Notes: a model not told the origin generated them from the sequence alone. A stretch of DNA of 64,000 nt from Candidatus Dormiibacterota bacterium (GCA_019245575.1 JAFARE010000009.1:17403-81402), one strand, 5' to 3'; counted from the stretch's first letter, positions 45,932 to 56,384 are shown. Numbers and translations are program-made.

Positions 45932-47213
45932 CTTCCTCATCGGCTGCGCCACGGCCGCGCACCAGGTCGAGGGCGGCATCGACAACGACTGGATGCGCTG
46001 GGCGCGCGACGACCCCGCACGCATCGCGGACGGCAGCGACGCGTCGGTCGCCTGCGATCACTTCCGCCGCCACCGCGAGGACCTGCGACAGCTCGGGGCC
46101 ATGCACCACAACGCGCACCGCTTCTCGCTCGAATGGGCGCGCATCGAGCCACGTGCTGGGTGTTTTGACGGAGCCGCGCTGGCGCATTACGCGGAAGTGC
46201 TGCGCACCTGCCACGAGAGCGGCATGGAACCGGTCGTGACCCTGCACCACTTCACGCTGCCGCGCTGGCTGGCCGACAACGGCGGCGTGCTGCACCCGGA
46301 GGCCCCGCGATTCTTCGCACGCTACGCCGCGGCGTGCGCCGAGCGGCTCGGCGGTGACGTGCGCTGGTGGATCACGATCAACGAGCCCACGGTGCTCGCG
46401 TTCATGGGGTACCTCATCGGACGCTGGCCGCCGGGCGAGCAGTCGCTGCCGCACATGCTCGCGGTGCTGCGCGCACTGGTCCGCATGCACGCAGCGGCCG
46501 TCACCGCGCTGCGTCGGGTGGCCGTCCGTCACGGTTGGACAGCGATGGTCTCCATCGCGCACCAGGAGCGGCCGCAGCGCGCCGCCTCACGCGCGTCGCC
46601 GCTGGACCATGCAGCCGCGCTGCTGCCCAACTGGGTGTTCAACCGCTGGTTCCTGCACTGCTGCAGGCGCGGCCGGCTGCTGCCTCCGGTGGGCGCCGGC
46701 CAGCGCGTGGCCGGGCTTCGCGGCTCGCTGGACTACATCGGCGTCAACTACTACACGTACGACGTGACGCATTTCGACCTGCGCTCACCGCGCACGTTGT
46801 TCGCGCGGCAGGCGTCGAACCCGCTGCTGCCGCGCAGCACGTTCGACTGGACGATCGACCCGCCCGCCATGCGCGACGCGCTGCTGGCCCTCTGGCGCGA
46901 GTTCTCGCTGCCGCTGCTGGTGACCGAGAACGGCGTGGCCGACACTGACGACGAGCTTCGTCCTGCGTTCATCACGGACCATCTCAACGCCGTGCTCGAC
47001 GCGGTCGATGACGGCGCCGATGTGCGTGGCTACCTGCACTGGACGGCGTGGGACAACTGGGAGTGGGCCGAGGGGTTCACGCAGCGCTTCGGGCTCATCG
47101 CGGTGAATCGCGAGACACAGGAGCGCCTCCCCAAACCCAGCGCCGCGCTGTATGCGGAGATCTGCCGCGCCCACGCGGTGCCTTCAGCGGCGGCTGCTCA
47201 GGGCGCGGCCTGA
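45903..47213 (+). CDS. glycoside hydrolase family 1 (beta-glucosidase-like)
   Basis: FLIGCATAAHQVEGG, RFSLEWARIEP, acid/base ITINEP, nucleophile LLVTENG, WDNWEW. GTG 45903/45906 start overlaps the preceding ORF. Confidence 0.85.
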   Translation: MVQQRPLPADFLIGCATAAHQVEGGIDNDWMRWARDDPARIADGSDASVACDHFRRHREDLRQLGAMHHNAHRFSLEWARIEPRAGCFDGAALAHYAEVLRTCHESGMEPVVTLHHFTLPRWLADNGGVLHPEAPRFFARYAAACAERLGGDVRWWITINEPTVLAFMGYLIGRWPPGEQSLPHMLAVLRALVRMHAAAVTALRRVAVRHGWTAMVSIAHQERPQRAASRASPLDHAAALLPNWVFNRWFLHCCRRGRLLPPVGAGQRVAGLRGSLDYIGVNYYTYDVTHFDLRSPRTLFARQASNPLLPRSTFDWTIDPPAMRDALLALWREFSLPLLVTENGVADTDDELRPAFITDHLNAVLDAVDDGADVRGYLHWTAWDNWEWAEGFTQRFGLIAVNRETQERLPKPSAALYAEICRAHAVPSAAAAQGAA

Positions 47214-47794
47214 ACGATCCAGCGGTCGGTGTTGATGTCGGCGCCCACGCACGTCTGCATCGTGAGGAGCGGCGTGGACGAGCGCTCGCGCAGCCAGGAC
47301 ACGTCGTTCCAGCGGATGCGGCCGACGACGTTCGAGATGTGGAACGCCTCCACCTGTTTGGTCGTGTAGTCGTGCAGCAGCACGAGCTCGCCCTTCTTCG
47401 CGAAGAGCAGCGTGCCGAACATGCCGCGGAGGCCGTGCGCGTAGAGATAGCTGTTGCCTGCGATTCCAGGCTCCGCCGTTCCCGGGTAGTGCAGCGCGAC
47501 CCAGTCGGGAATGTTGTTGGAGCCGTCGCCCTCGCGCACCGGCAGCGCGATCTTCAGCGCCGGTATCTCGATCCACAGGCCGGTGCGCGGGCCGACCGGT
47601 TGCGGGCCGGCGCTGTGCGTGGCCGCGTACTCCGAGATCGGCGGCTCCAGTGCGATGGCCGGCGTCTGCATGCACTGGATGGCGAGCACGATGCCGAGCA
47701 CCACCGCAGCCAGGCCGGCCAGGATCGACAGCCGCCGCGACCAGCGGCGCAGCCGAGACTCGTCGGGGTCAGCGACGGAGGGATCCGGCTCCAT
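47198..47794 (-). CDS. sortase family transpeptidase
   Basis: N-terminal TM anchor, His region YLYAHG, catalytic-Cys motif LLTMQTC (TLxTC-like). Lies directly downstream of a protein with a sorting signal. Confidence 0.75.
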   Translation of the reverse strand: MEPDPSVADPDESRLRRWSRRLSILAGLAAVVLGIVLAIQCMQTPAIALEPPISEYAATHSAGPQPVGPRTGLWIEIPALKIALPVREGDGSNNIPDWVALHYPGTAEPGIAGNSYLYAHGLRGMFGTLLFAKKGELVLLHDYTTKQVEAFHISNVVGRIRWNDVSWLRERSSTPLLTMQTCVGADINTDRWIVQAAP

Positions 47795-47800
47795 GCGGGA

Positions 47801-48574
47801 TCAGGGGACCTCGAGACGGGCGCGCGGCGAGCGGCGCCGGCGCCGCAGCGCGGGGCCGGCGAGCGAGGCGAGGGCCACGGAGAAGCCGGCTGAGGCCAGC
47901 GCGATGGCTGCCACCGGGGCCGGATGCGGCGGTCCGCCGGTGAAGGGGTTGCTCGTCGCCGCGGCGGCGACAGCGCCGGTCGTCTGGCCGGAGCCGCCTC
48001 CGCCGCCGTTGCCGTTGCCCCCGCCATTGCCGTTACCGCCGGTGGAACCGGGCGACCCGGATGTCGTCGTCGTCGGGCAGCCGAGCGGCGGTGGCAGCGG
48101 CAGCGGCAGACAGGTTGGAGGGCTGCCGCTGGGCAGGCAGAAGGTGTTAAGCGGCGCCGGCAGGCACGTGGGCGGCGTGGTCGTGGCGCAGAAGGTGTTG
48201 AGCGGCGAGGGCAGACAGGTGGGAGGGCTGCTGGGAAGGCAGAACGTGTCCAGCGGCGAGGGGAGGCAGGTCGGCGGCGACGATGGCGGGCTCGGGGAGG
48301 GGATGCAGAAGGATTGGAGCGGGGTCGGCGCGCACGTCGGTGGGTCGCCGTTGGGCGACGGGAGGGTGGGCAGCGAGCCCGAGGGAAGCGTGGGCAGCGA
48401 GCTCGACGACAGCGTCGGCAGCGCGGGCAACGTGGGAGCCGGCAGCGGCGTGGGCAGAATTCCCGCGGACGCGTGGGAGGGTGCCAGCGCCGTGGTTGCG
48501 GCAAACGCGGCGGAGCCGGCCATGACCAGCCCGGCGACGCACCGTCGTGCAGTGAACAGCTTCCTGATGGCCAC
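47801..48574 (-). CDS. secreted Pro/Cys-repeat surface protein with a C-terminal sorting signal (NPFTG)
   Basis: GTG 48574 gives the signal peptide VAIRKLFTARRCVAGLVMAGSAAFAATTALAPSHASA. This is followed by LPTLP repeats, five PPTC-x8/9-FC repeats, a GGNGNGGGNGNGGGGG tract, then NPFTG plus a hydrophobic helix and RRRRR. Confidence 0.7.
   Translation of the reverse strand: MAIRKLFTARRCVAGLVMAGSAAFAATTALAPSHASAGILPTPLPAPTLPALPTLSSSSLPTLPSGSLPTLPSPNGDPPTCAPTPLQSFCIPSPSPPSSPPTCLPSPLDTFCLPSSPPTCLPSPLNTFCATTTPPTCLPAPLNTFCLPSGSPPTCLPLPLPPPLGCPTTTTSGSPGSTGGNGNGGGNGNGGGGGSGQTTGAVAAAATSNPFTGGPPHPAPVAAIALASAGFSVALASLAGPALRRRRRSPRARLEVP
48077..48343 (-). repeat. in-frame tandem coding repeat (5 units of ~17 codons)
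   Basis: PPTCAPTPLQSFCIPSPSPPSS / PPTCLPSPLDTFCLPSS / PPTCLPSPLNTFCATTT / PPTCLPAPLNTFCLPSGS / PPTCLPLPLPPPLGC. Confidence 0.85.
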
Positions 48575-48714
48575 GTCCCGCCACGCCTCCGTCCACGCTC
48601 CACCCCCGTGACGCAGCCGGCTGCGCGCCGCCCCGCCGCGGGTTTCTACGTATCGATCAACGCTGTGCCTGTGGGAAACCTGCGGGCCTCTCTCCGCCGC
48701 GTACGCCGCGCTAC

Positions 48715-48815
48715 CATCGAGCTGCGGGAGCTCGGGCCGACCGGGCTGAGAGGGCGAGTGCAGCCTCGCCGACCGCGGAACCTGATCCGGGTAATGCCGG
48801 CGCAGGGAGCGCCTC
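48715..48815 (+). promoter_or_regulatory. TPP (THI-box) riboswitch
   Basis: GGGCUGAGAGGG...ACCGCGGAACCUGAUCCGGGUAAUGCCGGCGCAGGGAG matches the THI element core (CUGAGA ... ACCUGAUCYGGRUAAURCCRGCG.AGGGA). It lies directly upstream of thiC. GCCUCC (48811-48816) can pair with the thiC SD GGAGG (48855-48859). Confidence 0.85.
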
Positions 48816-48855
48816 CGCCCCGAGGCGGGACGGCACCTGACGCCACAGCGCGTAG

Positions 48856-50586
<1,731 letters not shown>

Positions 50587-50732
50587 CCGGCGCGCCGGTC
50601 CTGACCGCCGGGCTGAGGCGGGCCGCACAAACGCATTCTCGCCGCGACGGGGTTCGCTCGACTGTCTCGGGTACCATGGGGGCTGAGGCGGCTGCCGCCT
50701 TGTGCAGAATGTCCATGCTGAGGAGCAGGTAG

Positions 50733-52073
50733 GTGCCGAGCCGGAGCAAGCCCGAGGCCGCGGCCGACGTGGTCGCCCGGGCGGAGGCGGCCCACGTTCG
50801 CCACGTGGACCTGCAGTTCACCGACGTCATGGGCGCGGTCAAGACCGTCACGATCCCGGCGGCGCAGCTCGGCGACGCGGTGGAGCACGGCACGTGGTTC
50901 GACGGGTCGTCGGTGGAGTCGTTCGCTCGCACCGCCGAGTCGGACATGTACCTGGTGCCCGACCCGGCCACGTTCCAGCTGCTGCCCTGGGCGGCCGAGC
51001 CCACCGCGCGGCTCATCTGCTGGGCCACCACACCCGATGGTCAGCCGTACCCGGGTGACCCTCGCGGGGCCCTGCAGCGCGCGCTGCAGCGCGCGCAGCG
51101 CCTCGGCTTCGAGTACCGCGTGGGGCCCGAGATCGAGTTCTTCCTGCTGGAGCGGGACGCGTCCGGCCGGCTGGTCCGCCCGCCGCATGACCGCAGCTCG
51201 TACTTCGATTTCTCCACCGACCGCACGGTCGCGCTGCGTCAGGCGATGGTGAGCGCGCTGCAGCACCTCGGCATCGACGTCAACACGGCGCATCACGAAA
51301 TCGCCGGCGGGCAGCACGAGATCGACATCGGCGCGTCGCCGGCGCTGAAGGCGGCCGACGACGTGGTCACATTCCGCTACGCATTGAAGGCGGTGGCGCA
51401 GCCGGCGGGTGTGATCGCCAGCTTCATGCCCAAGCCGTTCGACGGCGTGCCAGGCAGCGGCATGCACGTGCATCAGAGCCTCGTGCGCGTCAGCGACAAC
51501 GGCAACGCGTTCAGCGGCAACGACGACTACGGCTTGAGCGACGACGCCAAGCACTTCATCGCCGGGCAGCTGCATCACGCAGCCGGGATCTGCGCCGTGC
51601 TCGCCCCGCTGGTGAATTCCTACAAGCGCCTGGTGCGCGGGTTCGAAGCGCCGATTTTCATCTCGTGGGCGCGCACCAACCGCGGGGCGCTGATCCGCGT
51701 GCCCCATGTGGGGCGGGCCGAGGCAACGCGCGTGGAGCTGCGCAGCCCCGATCCCTCGTGCAATCCGTATCTCGCGTTCGCGGTCATGCTGCGCTGCGGT
51801 CTCGACGGCATCGAGCGCCGTCTGCCGCTGCCGCCTCCGGTGGAGGAATCGCTCTACGGCTTCGACGACGTGGAGCTGGAGCGGCGCAACGTCGGCGTGC
51901 TGCCCGACAACCTCAGCGACGCGCTGGTGGCGCTCGAGAACGACGACGTGGTCGTCGACGCGCTCGGAGATCACCTGGCGGAGCGCTTCGTCGAGGCCAA
52001 GCGACTCGAGTGGCGCGAGTACCGCGGCCAGGTGACGCAGTGGGAGCTCGAGCAGTACCTGGAGCGGTTCTGA
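50733..52073 (+). CDS. glutamine synthetase, type I, 446-aa GlnA2-like (GSI-alpha type)
   Basis: VDLQFTDVMG, GPEIEFFL, HHEIAGGQHEI, FMPKPFDGVPGSGMHVHQS, NSYKRL, ELRSPDPSCNPYLA. GTG start. Confidence 0.9.
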   Translation: MPSRSKPEAAADVVARAEAAHVRHVDLQFTDVMGAVKTVTIPAAQLGDAVEHGTWFDGSSVESFARTAESDMYLVPDPATFQLLPWAAEPTARLICWATTPDGQPYPGDPRGALQRALQRAQRLGFEYRVGPEIEFFLLERDASGRLVRPPHDRSSYFDFSTDRTVALRQAMVSALQHLGIDVNTAHHEIAGGQHEIDIGASPALKAADDVVTFRYALKAVAQPAGVIASFMPKPFDGVPGSGMHVHQSLVRVSDNGNAFSGNDDYGLSDDAKHFIAGQLHHAAGICAVLAPLVNSYKRLVRGFEAPIFISWARTNRGALIRVPHVGRAEATRVELRSPDPSCNPYLAFAVMLRCGLDGIERRLPLPPPVEESLYGFDDVELERRNVGVLPDNLSDALVALENDDVVVDALGDHLAERFVEAKRLEWREYRGQVTQWELEQYLERF

Positions 52074-52080
52074 GCGCGAC

Positions 52081-53742
52081 ATGAGCGCTGCCGCGATCAC
52101 GGTGAAGGACGTGTGGCGGAGCGTGCTTCCGCCCGGCACGGAGCTGCTCGCCGGCGGCTCCGGCCTCGAGCGGCGCGTCGAGTGGGCCTGCGCGCTGCGC
52201 ACGCGGCCGCCCGCATTCGATGCCGTGAAGGGCGGCGAGATGGCGTTCGTCCCGGTGCGCAGCATCCGCCTGCTCGACGACCGCCTCGACCTCGCCCAGG
52301 TGATGACCAGCTTCGCCGAGAAGGGCGGCGTGTCGATGGCGATCGTCGGCGACGCGTCGGCGTCGAGCATCGCCGTGTCGGACCGGCTCATGATGCCGCT
52401 GCTGCGGCTCCCCGAGGGAGTGCACATCAACGACGTGCACCAGGCGTGCGTGCGCTTCATCCTCGACCAGCGCACGCTGCTGCACGAACGCGCGCAGGAG
52501 CTGCAGATGACGCTGATGCAGCTGGCGCTCAGCGGCGCCGGACCGGTGGCGATCGTCGACCGCGTTGCGGAGATCACCGCGCTCCCCGCGGCGCTGGTCG
52601 ATGCCGCCGGCGCAGTGACGCATGTGGCGGGCGATGCGCCCGAAGGGCTGGACGACGCGGTGCACGCAGCCGTGCCGGCCCTGCGGCGCTGGGGCGACAC
52701 GGTGGCCCTGATCGCCGCGGACCCGCCCGTCCGCGAGCACGTCTTCGCGGGCACGCGGCTGCACGGCGTGGTGAGCCCCATACCTTCACGCGACGGCGTG
52801 AGCGGCTTCCTCGTGGTCGCCGGCCCGGAGGGACGGCTCGACCAGATGGCCCGTCTCGCCGTGGCGCGAGCCGCATCCGCGTGCGCAATCGAGGTGGACC
52901 GCGAACGCGCCGTGACCGAGACGCGCGAGCGCGTAGAGGGCGAGTTCGTCGAGTCGCTGCTGAACGGGACGTACAGCTCCGACGACGCCGTGCTCGAGCG
53001 CGGACGCCGGCTCGGCGTTGACCTGAGCAGCACGCTCGTGGTGGTGGTGCTGCGTGGCGGCCGTGGCAGCCGCGATTGGGAAGAGACGGCGCTGCGAGCC
53101 GCGAGAAACACGGTGTCGCGCCGTGACGCTTCCGCGCTGGTCGCCGCTCACCAGGGCGGCGTGTGCGCGGTGTTGCTCGACGCGCACGCGGGCGCGGAGT
53201 CGGCGACGGCGCGCCTCGCCGAGGCGGTGCGCGCCGAGTGCGCTCGCGCAACCGGTGATGCCACGACGTGCGCCGGCATCGGACGCGCGGGCGCCGGCGC
53301 GGCATCGGTTCGCGCCTCGTATCGCGAGGCGGAGCAGGCACTGGCGATGGGTCGCAAGGTCCTCGGCGCCGGCATCACGTCGAGCTTCAGCCACCTCGGG
53401 CTGCACCGGCTGCTTTTCGCGTTGGCGCAGCATCCGGAGCTGAGCGACTTCTACGCGGACACGGTCGGGCCGCTCCTCGCCTATGACGCGCGGACCGGTG
53501 GCGACCTCATGGCGACACTCAACGCCTTCTTCGCCTGCCATGGCTCACCGACCGAGACCGCGCAGCGCCTGCACCTCCATCGCAACACCGTGCTGTACCG
53601 GCTGCGGCGGATCGAGGAGGTGGGCAACCTCAGCCTGGACGACGCGGGCACCCGGCTCAACCTGCATCTCTGCCTGCGCATCCGCGACGTTGTGCAGCTG
53701 AGCGAGGCCACACACGCCGCCTCGCGCCGCGTCGCCTCCTGA
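52081..53742 (+). CDS. PucR/CdaR family transcriptional regulator
   Basis: C-terminal PucR HTH: LNAFFACHGSPTETAQRLHLHRNTVLYRLRRIEEV. Confidence 0.85.
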   Translation: MSAAAITVKDVWRSVLPPGTELLAGGSGLERRVEWACALRTRPPAFDAVKGGEMAFVPVRSIRLLDDRLDLAQVMTSFAEKGGVSMAIVGDASASSIAVSDRLMMPLLRLPEGVHINDVHQACVRFILDQRTLLHERAQELQMTLMQLALSGAGPVAIVDRVAEITALPAALVDAAGAVTHVAGDAPEGLDDAVHAAVPALRRWGDTVALIAADPPVREHVFAGTRLHGVVSPIPSRDGVSGFLVVAGPEGRLDQMARLAVARAASACAIEVDRERAVTETRERVEGEFVESLLNGTYSSDDAVLERGRRLGVDLSSTLVVVVLRGGRGSRDWEETALRAARNTVSRRDASALVAAHQGGVCAVLLDAHAGAESATARLAEAVRAECARATGDATTCAGIGRAGAGAASVRASYREAEQALAMGRKVLGAGITSSFSHLGLHRLLFALAQHPELSDFYADTVGPLLAYDARTGGDLMATLNAFFACHGSPTETAQRLHLHRNTVLYRLRRIEEVGNLSLDDAGTRLNLHLCLRIRDVVQLSEATHAASRRVAS

Positions 53743-54012
53743 CCCGTCTCGTAACCCGATCCCGTATCGCGTGTTGTCGGGGATGGATCGAGAGCACTGC
53801 GGTCGCCTCCCCGAGGTGGCGCCCAGTACAACAACCGGTCCGCCCCCGGCCAAGGCTGGGCGCCTCTTCGGGGTGGCGCTTGGGCTCCGCGCACAAGACT
53901 GAGCCTCCCGACTTCGTGCGCGAATCACCTCGAATCTGAGCCGCCGGCGGGATAGCCTCGCTCGAAAGCAAGGAGGGCTTCGAGCCCGAAACGCCCGACA
54001 GGAGGACTTCGC

Positions 54013-55488
54013 TTGCGACGTCGCACCTACTTCCGCCTGGCGCTCTCGCTCGCCGTGCCCGCAGCACTGCTCCCGGTCGGCGCCGGCGCCGCCGACAACA
54101 CAGCCACGCAGGCCGCCGGAGTCGCCGCCGACACCGTCTGGGTGGTCGTGGCCGCCTGCCTCGTGCTCTTCATGCAGGCCGGGTTCGCGATGCTCGAGGT
54201 GGGCTTCGCGCGCATGAAGAACGTCGGCACGGTTGTTGCCAAGGTGGTGGTCAACCTCAGCGTCGCCTCCATCATGTACTGGCTGGTCGGGTTCGCCCTT
54301 GCATTCGGGGCAGCAAACGGATGGCTGTTCAACCTCATCGGCGCCACCGGGTTCGCACCGACGTTCCATCCCGGGTCGGTGATCGACCTTCCCGCGATCG
54401 CGACATCCACCGCTCCCGCTGCGGCGAAGTTCTTCTTCGAGTTCGTCTTCTGCGCGGTGTCGCTGGCCATCGTGTGGGGCACGATGCTCGAGCGGACCAA
54501 GTTCATCGTTTACATCCTGTTCGCAATTCCCTTCTGTGCACTCATCTATCCGCTGATCAGCCACTGGTTGTTCGGCGGCGGCTGGCTGATGAGCATGTTC
54601 GGCTCGCAGGACTTCGCCGGGTCGACGGTCGTTCACCTCACCGGCGCGACCGCGGGGTTCGCCGGCCTGCTGCTCCTTGGCCCGCGCATCGGCAAGTACG
54701 GCCGCGACCGCAAACCGAATGCGATACCCGGCCACAACATGCCGATTGCGCAGCTGGGCGTGCTCATCCTCTGGTTCGGGTGGTTCGGGTTCAACCCGGG
54801 CTCAACGCTGAACGCCACGAACCTGCACTTCGCTGATGTAGTCGTCACCACCAACCTCGCCGCCGCAGCCGGCGCGCTGGGCGCAATGCTCACCATCTAC
54901 CGCGTCCAGAAGTCGCTGGACGTCGGCATGATCGGCAACGGCGCCATCGCGGCGCTGGTCGCCATCACCGCGCCCTCCGGCTACGTTCAGCCATGGGCGG
55001 CGGTGATCATCGGCGCGGTCGCCGGGGTCATCGTGGTCTACGGCGTCATCGCAATCGACAAGTGGCTGGACGACCCGGTCGGCGCACTCAGCGCACATGG
55101 TCTGGCCGGCATCTGGGGCACACTGTCCTGCGGGCTCTTCACGGATCCGGCGCTCGCCAAGTTCAACGGCGTGGGCCAGGGCGGCCTGTTCTACACGGGC
55201 AGCTTCGGTCAGCTCGGAGCGCAGGCCCTTGCGGTGACGGTCGCGTTCGTCACCGTGTTCTCGCTGTCGTTCGGCACCTTCTGGGTGATCAAGAAGACGG
55301 TCGGCCTACGCGTGAGCGCGCGTCACGAGCTGGACGGTCTGGACATCAGCGAGCACGGCATGTGGGGCTACCCGGAAAGCTTCATGCCCGTGCCCGGCGG
55401 GTCGTACATTCATCCCGACGCGCTCGCCGAGCCAGAACGGCGGCGCGCGGCAGCGGCTGCGCTGGCGATGGCCGAGCAGCCTCATTGA
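54013..55488 (+). CDS. amtB: ammonium transporter
   Basis: Signal peptide, then FMQAGFAMLEVG, DFAGSTVVHLTGA and LHGLAGIWG-type motifs (SAHGLAGIWGT). TTG start with GGAGGA 7 nt upstream. Confidence 0.9.
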   Translation: MRRRTYFRLALSLAVPAALLPVGAGAADNTATQAAGVAADTVWVVVAACLVLFMQAGFAMLEVGFARMKNVGTVVAKVVVNLSVASIMYWLVGFALAFGAANGWLFNLIGATGFAPTFHPGSVIDLPAIATSTAPAAAKFFFEFVFCAVSLAIVWGTMLERTKFIVYILFAIPFCALIYPLISHWLFGGGWLMSMFGSQDFAGSTVVHLTGATAGFAGLLLLGPRIGKYGRDRKPNAIPGHNMPIAQLGVLILWFGWFGFNPGSTLNATNLHFADVVVTTNLAAAAGALGAMLTIYRVQKSLDVGMIGNGAIAALVAITAPSGYVQPWAAVIIGAVAGVIVVYGVIAIDKWLDDPVGALSAHGLAGIWGTLSCGLFTDPALAKFNGVGQGGLFYTGSFGQLGAQALAVTVAFVTVFSLSFGTFWVIKKTVGLRVSARHELDGLDISEHGMWGYPESFMPVPGGSYIHPDALAEPERRRAAAAALAMAEQPH

Positions 55489-55495
55489 GGCGCGT

Positions 55496-55867
55496 GTGGT
55501 GAAGAAAGTGGAGGCCGTGATCCGACCCGACAGACTGCAGGCAGTCCAGGACGCTCTCGACGCGCTGGGCACATCGGGCCTCACCGTCATCGAGGTGCTG
55601 GGGTGTGGGCGCCAGCGCGGCTACACCGAGACGTACCGCGGCGCGCGGGCCAACATCTCGCTGCAGCGCAAGGTGAAAGTCGAGGCGGTGGTGGCGGACT
55701 CGTCCGCCGCCGCTGTCGTCGACGCCATCGCCGGCGCGGCCAAGACCGGCGAGGTCGGCGACGGCAAGATCTTCGTGCTGCCCGTCGAGGAGGCGATCCG
55801 CATCCGCTCGGGAGAGCACGGCGAGGACGTCGTACGTCATCTCCAGCCCGAACACTGGGGGCACTGA
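55496..55867 (+). CDS. glnK: P-II nitrogen regulatory protein
   Basis: KKVEAVIRPDRL..., T-loop GRQRGYTETYRGA, TGEVGDGKIFV. Adjacent to amt. GTG at 55496 or 55499. Confidence 0.9.
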   Translation: MVKKVEAVIRPDRLQAVQDALDALGTSGLTVIEVLGCGRQRGYTETYRGARANISLQRKVKVEAVVADSSAAAVVDAIAGAAKTGEVGDGKIFVLPVEEAIRIRSGEHGEDVVRHLQPEHWGH

Positions 55868-56066
55868 TTCACTGACCGCAGCTACTGGGGCGTGGCTCGG
55901 GCGGTGGAATGCACTCTGCGCAGGGCGTAAGGAGGCCGCGGCGGTCCCCGCGGCCGACGGTAGCGGCAGCGGACGGCGGTCAGGCCGTCCGCGCAGCGGC
56001 AACCGGAGCAGAGTGCTCCCACCGCCATGAACCACGACGATCGTCAGCGGGCGGTCAGTGAATCAG
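55864..56066. repeat. ~200-bp multi-hairpin element closed by a perfect 16-bp inverted repeat (candidate ncRNA, terminator/insulator or MITE)
   Basis: CTGATTCACTGACCGC (55864-55879) is the exact reverse complement of 56051-56066. Inner helices: 55902-55907/56019-56024 and 55911-55919/56008-56016. Two apical hairpins: 55934-55955 and 55969-55992. Confidence 0.7.
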
Positions 56067-56093
56067 CAGGGCCTTGGTAAACTCGGGCAGGAG

Positions 56094-56384
56094 ATGACGT
56101 ACGTCGTTACCGAGACCTGCATCGACCTCAAGGACAAATCCTGCATCGAGGTGTGTCCGGTCGATTGCATCCACGAGGCCGACGAGGACCGCATGGTCTA
56201 CATCGACCCGGATGAGTGCATCGACTGCGGCGCCTGCGTGGACCCGTGCCCGGTCGACGCCATCTACGCCGAGGAGGACGTGCCGCAGCCGCAGCTGCCC
56301 TTTGTCGAGATCAACAAGGTCTACTTCAAGGACAAGGGCACGGCCCGCGGCAAGGTCGACGCGGTCAAGGCGCCGGCGGGCTGA
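56094..56384 (+). CDS. fdxA: 7Fe ferredoxin (3Fe-4S + 4Fe-4S)
   Basis: [27 protein letters not shown]...[19 protein letters not shown] 56094 is preceded by GGCAGGAG. Confidence 0.9.
   Translation: MTYVVTETCIDLKDKSCIEVCPVDCIHEADEDRMVYIDPDECIDCGACVDPCPVDAIYAEEDVPQPQLPFVEINKVYFKDKGTARGKVDAVKAPAG

Noticed and set aside
48077-48343. Tandem ~51-bp DNA repeats that could be mistaken for a CRISPR-like or VNTR array.
   Set aside because: The repeats are in frame within a signal-peptide-bearing ORF and encode PPTC...FC units. There are no unique spacers and no cas genes.
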